Assembly (NCBI GenBank): GCA_029212415.1
Contig: JARGOF010000008.1
Coordinates: 87,521 to 151,520, forward strand
Reading direction: 5' to 3'
Length of the DNA: 64,000 nt
From: Rhizobiaceae bacterium
GTDB taxonomy: Bacteria > Pseudomonadota > Alphaproteobacteria > Rhizobiales > Rhizobiaceae
Below are positions 21,793 to 31,114 of this stretch, piece by piece. The notes below the pieces were generated by a model. The model had not been told where the DNA came from, searched no databases, and saw only the letters and a list, made by a program, of their open reading frames with translations. Made by a program: the position numbers and the translations under genes. Numbering within the stretch: the first letter of the stretch is position 1; the number at the start of each line of letters is the position of its first letter.

Positions 21793-22887
21793 ATGGATTT
21801 TGTTCCGCTTATTGATTCTATCGGAGAACCTCAAACACTGGCCCTTGTGGGTCTGGCGCTTGGGGCTGCATTCGGATTCGTTCTTCAGCGGTCGCAATTC
21901 TGCACCCGGTCTGCCGTCCTTGAACTGGTTCGCGGCAAACATTCAAGCAGCCTTCCCATGTGGCTGATCGCGTTTTCCACTGCCGTCCTGTCAGTACAAT
22001 TGCTAATCATGAACGGCCAGATTGATGTTGCAGAAACCCGCTTCTTTTCTACGGCGCAAAGCCTGTCAGGAGCCGTGATCGGTGGCAGCCTGTTTGGTAT
22101 AGGCATGATTTTGGCGCGCGGCTGTGCAAGCCGTTTGCTGGTGCTTGGCGCATCCGGCAATCTGCGGGCGATCTTTTCAACGGCTGTTCTGGCGGCTGTC
22201 GCCTGGGCAACCTATCAGGGACCGCTCGTGCCGCTGCGCAACCAGTTTGCCGGTTTTCTTTCTTCGGCATCCATTGGTACCAATGATTTCGCCACGCTGA
22301 CCGGCTTCAGCCTGACGGGGCCAGTGCTTGGCGTCGTGGTCGCCTTGGTCGCCGTGGTCTTCGCCATTCGAACCAGACTTTCTGTTGCTCTTGCGACAGG
22401 CGGCCTCCTCGTTGGCGCGCTGATTGCCGCAGGGTGGTTTTTGTCCTTCTCCCTGTCAACGCAGGTGTTTGAACCAATACAGGCCGAGAGTCTTTCCTAC
22501 ATGCGCCCGCTGGCCAACAGCCTGAACTATATTGCCAGCGGTGGGGAGGAGAGTTTCCTCTCCATGGATATCGGCATCATTGCTGGCACAATTGTTGGAG
22601 CACTCATTGCATCATTGGTATTCGGCAGTTTCAGGATCAGCACATTTTCAGAGGCTGGAACACCACATATTCTGCGCTACGCAGCAGGCAGCGCACTGAT
22701 GGGGTTCGGCGGCATTCTCGCCGTCGGCTGCACCATCGGCGCCGGTCTTACCGGAGGGTCAGTGCTTGCAATCAACTCATTGCTGGCGTTGATATTCGTT
22801 TTCATAGCCGGCGCAATCACCGCTTCCGTGCTTGACGCAAGGACCAGCAAGACAGGGTCCGAAGCCCTTATGGCGCCGGCGGAATGA
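21793..22887 (+). CDS. Full-length YeeE/YedE sulfur transporter (SoxT-like, copy 1)
   Basis: Family cysteine motifs SQFC, RGCAS, GCTIG; multiple TM helices. Confidence 0.9.
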   Translation: MDFVPLIDSIGEPQTLALVGLALGAAFGFVLQRSQFCTRSAVLELVRGKHSSSLPMWLIAFSTAVLSVQLLIMNGQIDVAETRFFSTAQSLSGAVIGGSLFGIGMILARGCASRLLVLGASGNLRAIFSTAVLAAVAWATYQGPLVPLRNQFAGFLSSASIGTNDFATLTGFSLTGPVLGVVVALVAVVFAIRTRLSVALATGGLLVGALIAAGWFLSFSLSTQVFEPIQAESLSYMRPLANSLNYIASGGEESFLSMDIGIIAGTIVGALIASLVFGSFRISTFSEAGTPHILRYAAGSALMGFGGILAVGCTIGAGLTGGSVLAINSLLALIFVFIAGAITASVLDARTSKTGSEALMAPAE

Positions 22888-22954
22888 TGTGATTGTCGGG
22901 AAGCAGCCAGGCATGGCCTGCAAAACAGGCTTGAGCCGATCACGGGGAACCTTG

Positions 22955-23126
22955 TCAGGAGGATCTGGCAAGATTCCGTGTCAGGATGTCGGTGATGCGT
23001 TGCGACGCCTGTCCGTCACCATAGGGTGAGACACCCCGCACCATCGCTGCATAAGCGACGGGATCGTCAAGGAGGCTCTGGGCCTCTGCGACGATTTTTT
23101 GCGTTGTCGTGCCCACCAAGGCGAAC
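22955..23126 (-). pseudogene. wecB: C-terminal fragment of UDP-GlcNAc 2-epimerase (wecB)
   Basis: LVGTTTQKIVAEAQSLLDDPVAYAAMVRGVSPYGDGQASQRITDIL matches the WecB C-terminus from memory; the remaining ~300 aa are absent. Confidence 0.85.
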
Positions 23127-23208
23127 AAAGCGACAAGCACCTTCCTATGCCATGCACAATAACCTCCCAATTTCCCGTGGATTGATCCAGGTCATTTTAA
23201 TATTCACC

Positions 23209-23226
23209 CATTCACATTACTGAATG
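23209..23226. promoter_or_regulatory. Putative SoxR/SqrR-type operator
   Basis: CATTC-acattact-GAATG, perfect ATTC-N8-GAAT upstream of the DUF302 gene. Confidence 0.6.
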
Positions 23227-23423
23227 TAATTGGAACAGACGCAAGTCTGATGTTTATTCCAAGGGCAATGGTCCTGCACGTCATCGGCAACAATGGATTT
23301 GGAGTTTGCCAGGCAGATTGCGGATCCATCAGGGCTTGAACCAAAGCCTTCGAGCAGGAAATTCTTCAAACCGGTAAGATGTTTCGCATCGATCGGTTAA
23401 GCACTAGCAAGGGATGAGAAAAC

Positions 23424-23921
23424 ATGACCTGGAATTTTGCAATGGCAGGGCGCAAAACCATAATTGCAGCAGCAACGGCGGTCATGGCCTTCATGGCCGG
23501 CAATGCTATGGCCGCTGACGTCACCGAATATAGTGTTGAAGCGCCCTTTGCAGATGTCCGGCAGGATTTGAGCAATGCGGTCGTCAATCGTGGTTACAAA
23601 ATCGATTATGAGGCCATGATCGGAGCGATGCTTGAACGAACAGCTGACGATGTGGGCGGCAAAAAAACCATATTCAACAATGCGGAATTCGTACAATTCT
23701 GTTCAGCGGTCCTGTCGCGCGATGCCATGGAAGCAGACCCGGCGAACATCGCTTTTTGCCCCTATGTGCTGTTTGTCTATGAGCGCGCCGATGAACCGGG
23801 AAAAGTACATGTCGGTTTCAGAAGGCTGGAAAATCCAACCGGCAGTGAAGCATCACAGTCCGCCTTGGGCAAAGTGAATGATGTTCTCGACGCGATCGCA
23901 CAGGAAGCTGCTGACCAGTAG
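23424..23921 (+). CDS. Periplasmic DUF302-like protein
   Basis: Signal peptide; FVQFCSA and IAFCPY motifs, VGFRR. Confidence 0.8.
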   Translation: MTWNFAMAGRKTIIAAATAVMAFMAGNAMAADVTEYSVEAPFADVRQDLSNAVVNRGYKIDYEAMIGAMLERTADDVGGKKTIFNNAEFVQFCSAVLSRDAMEADPANIAFCPYVLFVYERADEPGKVHVGFRRLENPTGSEASQSALGKVNDVLDAIAQEAADQ

Positions 23922-24132
23922 TGTCAGCGCGATCACAGGCAACGCCTGGACGGAAGTTCCCTTGCATAGCCGTTTCTGGAAAATTTCACTCCCGTAATTC
24001 GGTTGGATGCGCTGATTGTTGCATCCTGCACTCATGGGTGTGTAGCAAGGACCGAATTGCTGGAAATTTGCTATTTGTAGTCGATCATCAAACCAATTGA
24101 CGCTATGTATTCAGCGATGGAGGCATAGTGAG

Positions 24133-25803
24133 ATGAGGACTGGTAACCGGACAGACATTCAGCGAATTCCCGACAGGATTGTCTTCAAGCAGACTGTCGG
24201 GGCGCTACTCATATCCTTCGGCTCCGTTCAGATAATGAAGGAATATTATGGGCTGCCTGACCTGATTTTGCTGTTTGCGGTTGTTTTATCAATTTTTCTA
24301 TACGGCCTGTTCATCAAAAACGGCGACCACCACAAACCGTACAATTCCTATTTCCAATTATCCGTCGTCCCGATCATTGCTGTCGGCACCTATTGCTATT
24401 TTGTCCTGAAATTCGGTTTCTTCGACTTGTCGGCAATAGCCGTCCATCTTCAACTGGGGCTTGATGCGCCGGATGTCGTGCACAGCTATTTCCTTGAGGC
24501 TTTCAATATAGCCCTTGGGGTTGCGCTGTTCATTGCAGGAAATGCGATTCTGGTCAGAAACAACAGCAAATACAGAGGCTTCGAGCGTATTGTATCCCTG
24601 CTTTTTTTCGCGGCTCTGACCTTCTGGATTGTCTCGAATTCAAATCTTCTGGCGAAGGACAATGACGTAAGACTTGCGGACCTGTATAGGGAACCCACTC
24701 CACTCTCGTCAGACTCTGCACCGCTGAAGAATTTCATACATGTCTATCTGGAAAGCACAGAAGGCACCTATTTTGACGAGAGCCAGTTTGGCGATACGAT
24801 GGCACCGCTCAAACCGCTTGTTTCGCGCGGCCTGAATGCAACCAACATGGTCCAGATTCACAACACAGGCTGGTCATCTGCCGGGATGACGGCCGCCAAT
24901 TGTGGAGTCCCGCTTTCACCGATCGGACTTGTGGCGTTCAACAATTTTGACTGGCTGGACGCGTTCCTTCCCTCCGCTGTCTGCCTGGGTGATATCCTGA
25001 ACAAAAAGGGTTACCAGCTTTCCTTCATCCTTGGGGCAAATGCAAGATTTTCAGGCGTCGATCATTTATACATCAAACATGGTTTTGATGATGTTCTGGA
25101 TCTGGACCATTTCAAACGCAGATACCGTGACGATCCGATGGCACTGGCCCGGAGCAAACAGGATTGGGGACTGCAGGATGACATTGTTTTTGATGCAGCC
25201 CTTGAAGTCCTGCGTGCACAAAATGCGAAGGCAGCACCATTTGGGCTCGTCATTGAAACCATTGGCGGACATGCACCAGACGGGTTTTTATCTCCACGTT
25301 GCTTCAGCCAGACGGACATTATGGCCATCGAAATCAATGTCCTGCGTGCAGTGAAGTGCACGAACTGGTTGTTGGCACAATTCCTTGCTGCGGCAGAGCG
25401 CGACGGACTGCTGGAGAACACAATCGTAGTTGTGCAGAGTGATCATCTGTCCATGAAAAACAGCATTTACAGCCAGCTTACCAGCCGTAAACGCAGAAAC
25501 CTGTTTTTCCTGTTTGGTGAAGGTATCGAGGCGCGCAGCCACACCAATAAGGTTTCGCCAGTGGATGTCTATCCGACCTTGCTGGAGGCAGTTGCCGTGC
25601 GCCTGCCCGACAGCAGGGCAGGACTTGGCGTTTCCATGCTATCCAAAAGGAAATCCTGGATTGATATCCATGGCGAGGCATTGTTCAACGCCATGATCCG
25701 TTCTGATCGGGAATTGAACGCTCGGTTATGGACACGGTCAGATGCCAAATCCGTGGCTGATGCACCTGCAATGAGCGACGCCTCAACCGGGAACACCCAC
25801 TGA
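24133..25803 (+). CDS. LTA-synthase/sulfatase-fold transferase, OpgB (phosphoglycerol transferase I)-like
   Basis: Four N-terminal TM helices, YLES, TGWSSAGMTAANCGVPL, CLGDIL, WGLQDD, GGHAPDG, QSDH; start uncertain (24097-24235). Confidence 0.8.
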   Translation: MRTGNRTDIQRIPDRIVFKQTVGALLISFGSVQIMKEYYGLPDLILLFAVVLSIFLYGLFIKNGDHHKPYNSYFQLSVVPIIAVGTYCYFVLKFGFFDLSAIAVHLQLGLDAPDVVHSYFLEAFNIALGVALFIAGNAILVRNNSKYRGFERIVSLLFFAALTFWIVSNSNLLAKDNDVRLADLYREPTPLSSDSAPLKNFIHVYLESTEGTYFDESQFGDTMAPLKPLVSRGLNATNMVQIHNTGWSSAGMTAANCGVPLSPIGLVAFNNFDWLDAFLPSAVCLGDILNKKGYQLSFILGANARFSGVDHLYIKHGFDDVLDLDHFKRRYRDDPMALARSKQDWGLQDDIVFDAALEVLRAQNAKAAPFGLVIETIGGHAPDGFLSPRCFSQTDIMAIEINVLRAVKCTNWLLAQFLAAAERDGLLENTIVVVQSDHLSMKNSIYSQLTSRKRRNLFFLFGEGIEARSHTNKVSPVDVYPTLLEAVAVRLPDSRAGLGVSMLSKRKSWIDIHGEALFNAMIRSDRELNARLWTRSDAKSVADAPAMSDASTGNTH

Positions 25804-25807
25804 AACG

Positions 25808-25834
25808 AAAAAGGGCCACCTGACTTGGTGGCTC
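25808..25834 (-). terminator. Terminator after soxD (possibly bidirectional)
   Basis: GGGCCACC-tgactt-GGTGGCTC hairpin with an A-run on its left (T-tail on the minus strand). Confidence 0.6.
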
Positions 25835-25892
25835 TGCCATTGCGATCACATCACCTTCAAATGCCTTCAGTTGAAGATGATGTGTTTGGCAA

Positions 25893-26993
25893 TCAATCAA
25901 TGGCGCCAGCGCCACCTTCGTCTTCCTCGCCTTCAGGCGTGACGTCCAGCACGCGCGCATGCATCGTGACCTTTGCAGGTTCGGGCATGCAATTGCTCAT
26001 GCATGGTTCCAGTCCGGCGGCATATTGTGGCTCGTCCTGACGATTATCGTCTATGAAGTTTGCTTCATTTGGCAGACGCACTTCAGTGAAGTTGTCGCTC
26101 GACAATTCGAAATCTTCGTCAGTGACAATATCATTCAAATAGAGCAGATAGGCCGTCAGGGCGTAAACGTCATCATCGGAGAGTGACTGGGCATTGCCAA
26201 AGGGCATGGCGCGCTTCACATAATCAAACACGGTGGACAGATAGGGCCAGTAGGAGCCAATGGTCTTGACGGGCCGATCGTCGGTCAACGTTCCCTGCCC
26301 ACCAGCCAGGACAGGCCAGCGACCTTCGCCTTCGCCGAAAGAGCCATGGCAGACGGCACATTGTTCATCAAACAACTCACCACCCCTGGCAACCGTGCCG
26401 CTTCCGGCAGGCAGACCCTGCCCGTCCGGCCGTATGTCTATATCCCAGGCGGCAATTTCTTCCGGCAGCGCCGGGCGCCCGAGATGATAGGTTCCGTGGT
26501 CGGCCATCGGTGCATCAGCAACTGGGGCCGCTGCCACCTTTGTTTGCGGCTTTTTCTCTTCGTTCGCAGCAGCGTTATCCGGCTTTTCTGCTTCCTCGGT
26601 TGCTTCGCCCGAAAAACTCTTCAGATAAGCGATGACATTTTCGACATCCTTGTCCTTCTTCAGGCCGGCAAAGGACATCTTCGTGCCCTTGATATAGGCC
26701 TTGGGTTTTTCAAGATATTTCCCCACCGTTTCGTCATTCCAGACCAAGCCATCAGCACCGGCAGCCTTCATCGACTTGGAATATTTGAAACCGTCAAGCG
26801 AACCGGCCGTCCGCCCGAATACGTCGTTGAGCTGCGGGCCGACCTTGTTTTTGGCATTGTCACCCACAGCATGACAGGATGCGCACTTTCTGAATACTTT
26901 TTTGCCCGCATCCACGTCCTGAGCAAATGAGGGAACGCCGGTTACAATCAGCAACCCGGCAACTGCACCAAACAGCTTAAGAGATTTCGACAT
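25893..26993 (-). CDS. soxD: Diheme cytochrome c SoxD with cytochrome c2-like domain at the N-terminus
   Basis: CASCH in c2-like domain, CAVCH in the LGRPALPEEIAAWD...KTIGSYWPY domain; start overlaps the soxC end by 17 bp. Confidence 0.92.
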   Translation of the reverse strand: MSKSLKLFGAVAGLLIVTGVPSFAQDVDAGKKVFRKCASCHAVGDNAKNKVGPQLNDVFGRTAGSLDGFKYSKSMKAAGADGLVWNDETVGKYLEKPKAYIKGTKMSFAGLKKDKDVENVIAYLKSFSGEATEEAEKPDNAAANEEKKPQTKVAAAPVADAPMADHGTYHLGRPALPEEIAAWDIDIRPDGQGLPAGSGTVARGGELFDEQCAVCHGSFGEGEGRWPVLAGGQGTLTDDRPVKTIGSYWPYLSTVFDYVKRAMPFGNAQSLSDDDVYALTAYLLYLNDIVTDEDFELSSDNFTEVRLPNEANFIDDNRQDEPQYAAGLEPCMSNCMPEPAKVTMHARVLDVTPEGEEDEGGAGAID

Positions 26994-28269
26994 TTTCTGT
27001 CTCTCCATCTGTACGAACCTGCCAGGTTTGTATGCCATTGTTATGGTAAATCGAGTTTTCGCCGCGCGCTGCTCTGAGCTCATTTTTTGTCGGCTGAACA
27101 TTTCCGAGTTCATCAATGGCCCGCGATTGCAGATACATCTCGGACCCGTCCCAATTGAACTCATGATAAAAACGGTGCAAGGATTTGGACAGGCTCGGAC
27201 CATCGAGGCGCGCCGTCTGCCAGTTGCGGCCGCCATCCAGAGACACGTCAACCCGCTTTATGCGGCCATGACCCGACCAGGCAAGCCCGGTCAATACGGT
27301 GTGTCCGCGTCCATGGGTGATGGGCATTTGCGGGCTGGGACTGGTGATGACCGATTTGACATCCATTGCCCAGGTAAAACGGCGCGCTTTGCCGTTTGCC
27401 AGGAGGTCGGTATATTTGGACGTTTCTTCACGGTGATGCCAAGGCTGATCACCCACTTCGATGCGGCGCAACCATTTAATCCACATATTGCCTTCCCAGC
27501 CGGGAACGACAAGGCGGATGGGGTACCCCTGCTCGGGTCGCAGGGCCTCTCCATTCATCTTGAATGCCACAAGGCAATCATCAAGCGCCTTGTCGAGCGG
27601 AACCGAGCGGGTCATGCCGGAGGCATCTGCGCCCTCAGGAAGCAGCCAGGCAGCATTGGGCTTCAATCCCGCTTCCTGCAACAGCAGCTTCAGCGGGATG
27701 CCGGTATACATGACATTATGCACCATACCGTGGGTGAACTGGCAGCCGTTCAATTGGGAACCCCGCCACTCCATTCCGGAGTTTGCAGCGCATTCCAGAA
27801 AATACACATGGTTTTCACGCGGAAAACGCATCAAATCCTGCATGGTGAAGACAAGGGGATTGTCGACAAGGCCGTTGATCATCAGGCGATGATCAGCCGG
27901 ATCGATTTGAGCCACACCACCATGATGACGCTCAAAACACAGTCCGTTCGGCGTGATGATGCCGTCGAGCTGATGGATTGGCGTAAAATTGATGGAGGAA
28001 ATCGGATCGGCTGTCAGCCAGGGCACGTCACGGCGCACCACATCAGCTTCAAATTCGGAAGGAACCCCATAGGGCGCGGCATCAACACCATCACCCAACA
28101 CCTGATTCCACTCCTGAATCTCGGTGATCAATGGATCGGGCGTGGCCGCGACTGCGGCGCGGGCGCCAAGTGCGCTGGCGGCGACACCACCGGCGACAGC
28201 AACGCCCCCGCTCAAAAACGAGCGACGGCTTTTATTCGGGTGGGTTTTATCTTGCGATTGATCGGACAT
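26977..28269 (-). CDS. soxC: Sulfane dehydrogenase molybdoprotein SoxC
   Basis: Tat motif SRRSFL, FERHH, FLECAAN, GWEGNMWIKW. Confidence 0.97.
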   Translation of the reverse strand: MSDQSQDKTHPNKSRRSFLSGGVAVAGGVAASALGARAAVAATPDPLITEIQEWNQVLGDGVDAAPYGVPSEFEADVVRRDVPWLTADPISSINFTPIHQLDGIITPNGLCFERHHGGVAQIDPADHRLMINGLVDNPLVFTMQDLMRFPRENHVYFLECAANSGMEWRGSQLNGCQFTHGMVHNVMYTGIPLKLLLQEAGLKPNAAWLLPEGADASGMTRSVPLDKALDDCLVAFKMNGEALRPEQGYPIRLVVPGWEGNMWIKWLRRIEVGDQPWHHREETSKYTDLLANGKARRFTWAMDVKSVITSPSPQMPITHGRGHTVLTGLAWSGHGRIKRVDVSLDGGRNWQTARLDGPSLSKSLHRFYHEFNWDGSEMYLQSRAIDELGNVQPTKNELRAARGENSIYHNNGIQTWQVRTDGETENVEIS

Positions 28270-28288
28270 GATTCCTCCAATAATCCCA

Positions 28289-28310
28289 ATATATTCAAAT
28301 ATTCATATAT
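28289..28310. promoter_or_regulatory. Putative SoxR operator upstream of soxC
   Basis: Minus strand ATATGAATATTTGAAT is 15/16 identical to the site at 32654. Confidence 0.6.
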
Positions 28311-28388
28311 TTCAAGATGCAGATGGGCATCAATGTAAAATATCTCATATTCTTTAGATAAAACCCACCAAACACGGCCTGTGCCGGG

Positions 28389-30080
28389 TCACATTCCGAC
28401 AACCTTTACAGCGTCATTCTTCGGCATATTCACAACACCAAGGCGCGTGATGTAATTTTCCATCAGATCGTAGATCGCTGGTCCTTCCACGCCTTCATTC
28501 ACCGAGGCCCAACCAGCAACAACATAATTACGAGCCGGATCAATCGGTTCACCGGTTTTCAACATGGTCATATTGGTGATGCGGTTGCCGATATTTTCCT
28601 TGGGAGCACAGGTATACCCCATGCCGCCGACACGAACCATGTCACCACCCTGCTGGAAAAAGGGATCCTTGTTGAACAGGTTGTCACACACATCTTCCAG
28701 TATATCCTTGATTTGTGCGCCCGAGAATTCCAGCCGGTAAACCGACGGATAGGACATTGATGTCTGTGTATAAAGATCATCGACCGTGATATTCTGTCCC
28801 GGCAACAGGGTCGTTCCCCAACGAAACCCGGGGCTGAATGAGAGTTCAGCGTCCCGCTCTTCAATCAAGCCCTGGCAAATCAGGTCGTCCCAGGTCCCGT
28901 TGAAATTGCCACGACGATAGAGAAGTCCCTCGGTTTTTGCCAACACCCGATTGCATTCCGCCTCATAGGGCGCACGGACCTCATCAATTTTTGCAGCCAT
29001 TTCCGGGTCGGGGGTAATCACATCGGAAAACACCGGGATAAGTGTGGAATTATAATCGACGACCTCGCCGTTTTTCACCTCGAGATCGACCCGTCCCAGG
29101 TATTTGCCATGGGATCCGGAAGACAAGACCAGCGTTTTGCCAATCTTGATGGCTTCAGGCACTGCATCATGTGTGTGGCCCGTCAGGATGACATCAATAC
29201 CGCTGACAACCGTGGGCAATTTCTGATCAACATCAAAGCCGTTGTGGGAAAGAAGAACAACAATTTCGGCGCCCGCGGCGCGCGCTGCATCCACATTGGC
29301 CTGCAGCACATCCGGGCGAATACCGAAGGACCACTCGGGAAACATCCAGCGCGGATTGGCTATCGGCGTGTAGGGCATGGCCTGCCCAATGACCGCAACC
29401 TTGTGCCCGCCTTTTTCGTAGAAGGCCGTATGCTCAAAGACCGGCTCATCCCATTCCGTATCAAAGATGTTGCTGGCAAGAAACGGATATCCCATCTCGT
29501 CAATCAGTTCGAGGACACGATCCTCACCAAAGGTGAACTCCCAGTGCCCAACCATGGCGTCGGGTTTCAAGAGCTTCATGCAATCGACCATGTCCTGGCC
29601 GTTGGTCTTCAGCGACGTATAGGAGCCCTGCCAGGTATCTCCTCCGTCGAGGAACAAAACAGAGTCATCTCCGCGCTCGGCACGGATTGCCTTGACGAGG
29701 GTGGCTGTGCGGTCAAGCCCACCCAGCTTCCCATAGGTTCTGGCCAGATTGACGTAATCAACCATGGTGTGGGCATAGGCCAACGGAGAACCGGCCGGAA
29801 TATTGAAATGTTTGAGAAAGGCCTCACCCACCAGATGCGGTGGCACGCCTTCAAAGGCCCCTACCCCGAAATTTTCTGATGGCGGGCGAAAATAGAGGGG
29901 CTTCAACTGCGCATGCACATCGGTAAAGTGCAGCAGCGTTACCTTGCCCTTGGCATCAAATTTGAGCAGATCATCCTGCGTAAGCCGCTGCTGAGCGGCA
30001 ACCCGGGTCAATCCACCCGCATAGCCGGTTGTTGCCGCCACGACTGCTGACCACTGGAGAAAATCACGTCTGGAAAACAT
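28389..30080 (-). CDS. soxB: Thiosulfohydrolase SoxB
   Basis: Tat MFSRRDFLQ, TDVHAQ, DGGDTWQG, GHWEFT, SHNG, GHTHD, GFRWG. Confidence 0.97.
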   Translation of the reverse strand: MFSRRDFLQWSAVVAATTGYAGGLTRVAAQQRLTQDDLLKFDAKGKVTLLHFTDVHAQLKPLYFRPPSENFGVGAFEGVPPHLVGEAFLKHFNIPAGSPLAYAHTMVDYVNLARTYGKLGGLDRTATLVKAIRAERGDDSVLFLDGGDTWQGSYTSLKTNGQDMVDCMKLLKPDAMVGHWEFTFGEDRVLELIDEMGYPFLASNIFDTEWDEPVFEHTAFYEKGGHKVAVIGQAMPYTPIANPRWMFPEWSFGIRPDVLQANVDAARAAGAEIVVLLSHNGFDVDQKLPTVVSGIDVILTGHTHDAVPEAIKIGKTLVLSSGSHGKYLGRVDLEVKNGEVVDYNSTLIPVFSDVITPDPEMAAKIDEVRAPYEAECNRVLAKTEGLLYRRGNFNGTWDDLICQGLIEERDAELSFSPGFRWGTTLLPGQNITVDDLYTQTSMSYPSVYRLEFSGAQIKDILEDVCDNLFNKDPFFQQGGDMVRVGGMGYTCAPKENIGNRITNMTMLKTGEPIDPARNYVVAGWASVNEGVEGPAIYDLMENYITRLGVVNMPKNDAVKVVGM

Positions 30081-30140
30081 ATCAACGTCCTCGCTGTTTA
30101 CGATCTGCCTGCGGAAACCACCGCATCTTCCGGAATCCGG

Positions 30141-30177
30141 ATACAAAAAGGGCGGCATTTTTCTTCAAATGCCGCCC
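30141..30177 (-). terminator. Intrinsic terminator between soxA and soxB
   Basis: Perfect 11-bp arms GGGCGGCATTT / AAATGCCGCCC with TTTTTGT tail on the minus strand. Confidence 0.75.
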
Positions 30178-30189
30178 CCAAATTGATTG

Positions 30190-31047
30190 TCAGTTACGCA
30201 CGGCCGGCGTTTCGACAGAAAGCCCTTGTCCGCGTGATGCGACATAGAGTTCAAGCGCGACAAATTCGTCGGAACCACGCTTGTAGGGTTTTGCACGGAT
30301 ATTATCCATGCAGCCCTTGAAGCGACGGTGTATGGAGCCCAAGCCGTTCCATTTCAACCGATAGACAGGGAAGCCATTGATCTGGCCCTGACTCAAATGG
30401 TCAGCGCGGATCATGTTGCCGCTATTGTCCTCGTGGCAATTTGAGCAAGACATGTCCAATTGCCCCACCCGTGTGTAATACAGGTCCTTGCCCTTCTGGA
30501 ACCACGGCGTCATCTCACCATCGGTCTGCACGTCAACCGGCATGCCACGCGACTGCAACCCAATGAGTGCAGTCATGCCCAACATCGCTTTGGCTTCCCA
30601 TTTCCATGGCTCAGCCTGCATCCGTTCGGTTCGACACTCATTGATGATATGTTCAAGTGTTTCCGGTTTTCCGATCTCAGCATTCCAGCGTGGCAATTTC
30701 GCACGAAGTCCGGCAAATTCCTCAGCCCCACCTTCATGGCAGGATGCACAGGACTTGCCTGCCGCGCCTTCGACGACCTCGAACTGTTCAATCGCCTGGT
30801 CAACAGCGCCAAATGCCGGATTCTCGAAATCATCGGCCTGCAGCGATTGCGTTTCATCACTGCGATAGCGCCAGCCGGAATAAAGCGTTTCAAATGGGCT
30901 GTCTGGCGCCGCAGTGACCTCAGTCACGATTTCCTGGCCGTCGATGATCAGTTGATCTTCATCGGGATCTGCCTGCGCTGCCAGACCCATGGTGAGCGAT
31001 AAACCAATCACACCTCCGACAACCATGCTTTTTCTTATCAAATTCAT
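30190..31047 (-). CDS. soxA: Diheme SoxA
   Basis: CASCH and CSNCH hemes, active-site RRFKGCM; GGGAGG 8 nt before ATG 31047. Confidence 0.96.
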   Translation of the reverse strand: MNLIRKSMVVGGVIGLSLTMGLAAQADPDEDQLIIDGQEIVTEVTAAPDSPFETLYSGWRYRSDETQSLQADDFENPAFGAVDQAIEQFEVVEGAAGKSCASCHEGGAEEFAGLRAKLPRWNAEIGKPETLEHIINECRTERMQAEPWKWEAKAMLGMTALIGLQSRGMPVDVQTDGEMTPWFQKGKDLYYTRVGQLDMSCSNCHEDNSGNMIRADHLSQGQINGFPVYRLKWNGLGSIHRRFKGCMDNIRAKPYKRGSDEFVALELYVASRGQGLSVETPAVRN

Positions 31048-31114
31048 TTCCATTCCTCCCGTGGAACGCCAGATTTGGATTGATCAGTCAGTCAAACGGA
31101 CCTGCCCAAAATGG

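Noticed and set aside
26994-27251. 86-aa N-terminal extension of the soxD ORF in the track
   Set aside because: Lies inside soxC; the signal peptide begins at ATG 26993, the usual soxC/soxD overlap
27028-28338. 436-aa plus-strand ORF
   Set aside because: Antisense shadow of soxC with no recognisable motifs; same for 2330-3322 (era), 17377-18234, 30989-31891, 35407-36384, 48312-49067, 53470-54546 and 61567-62520
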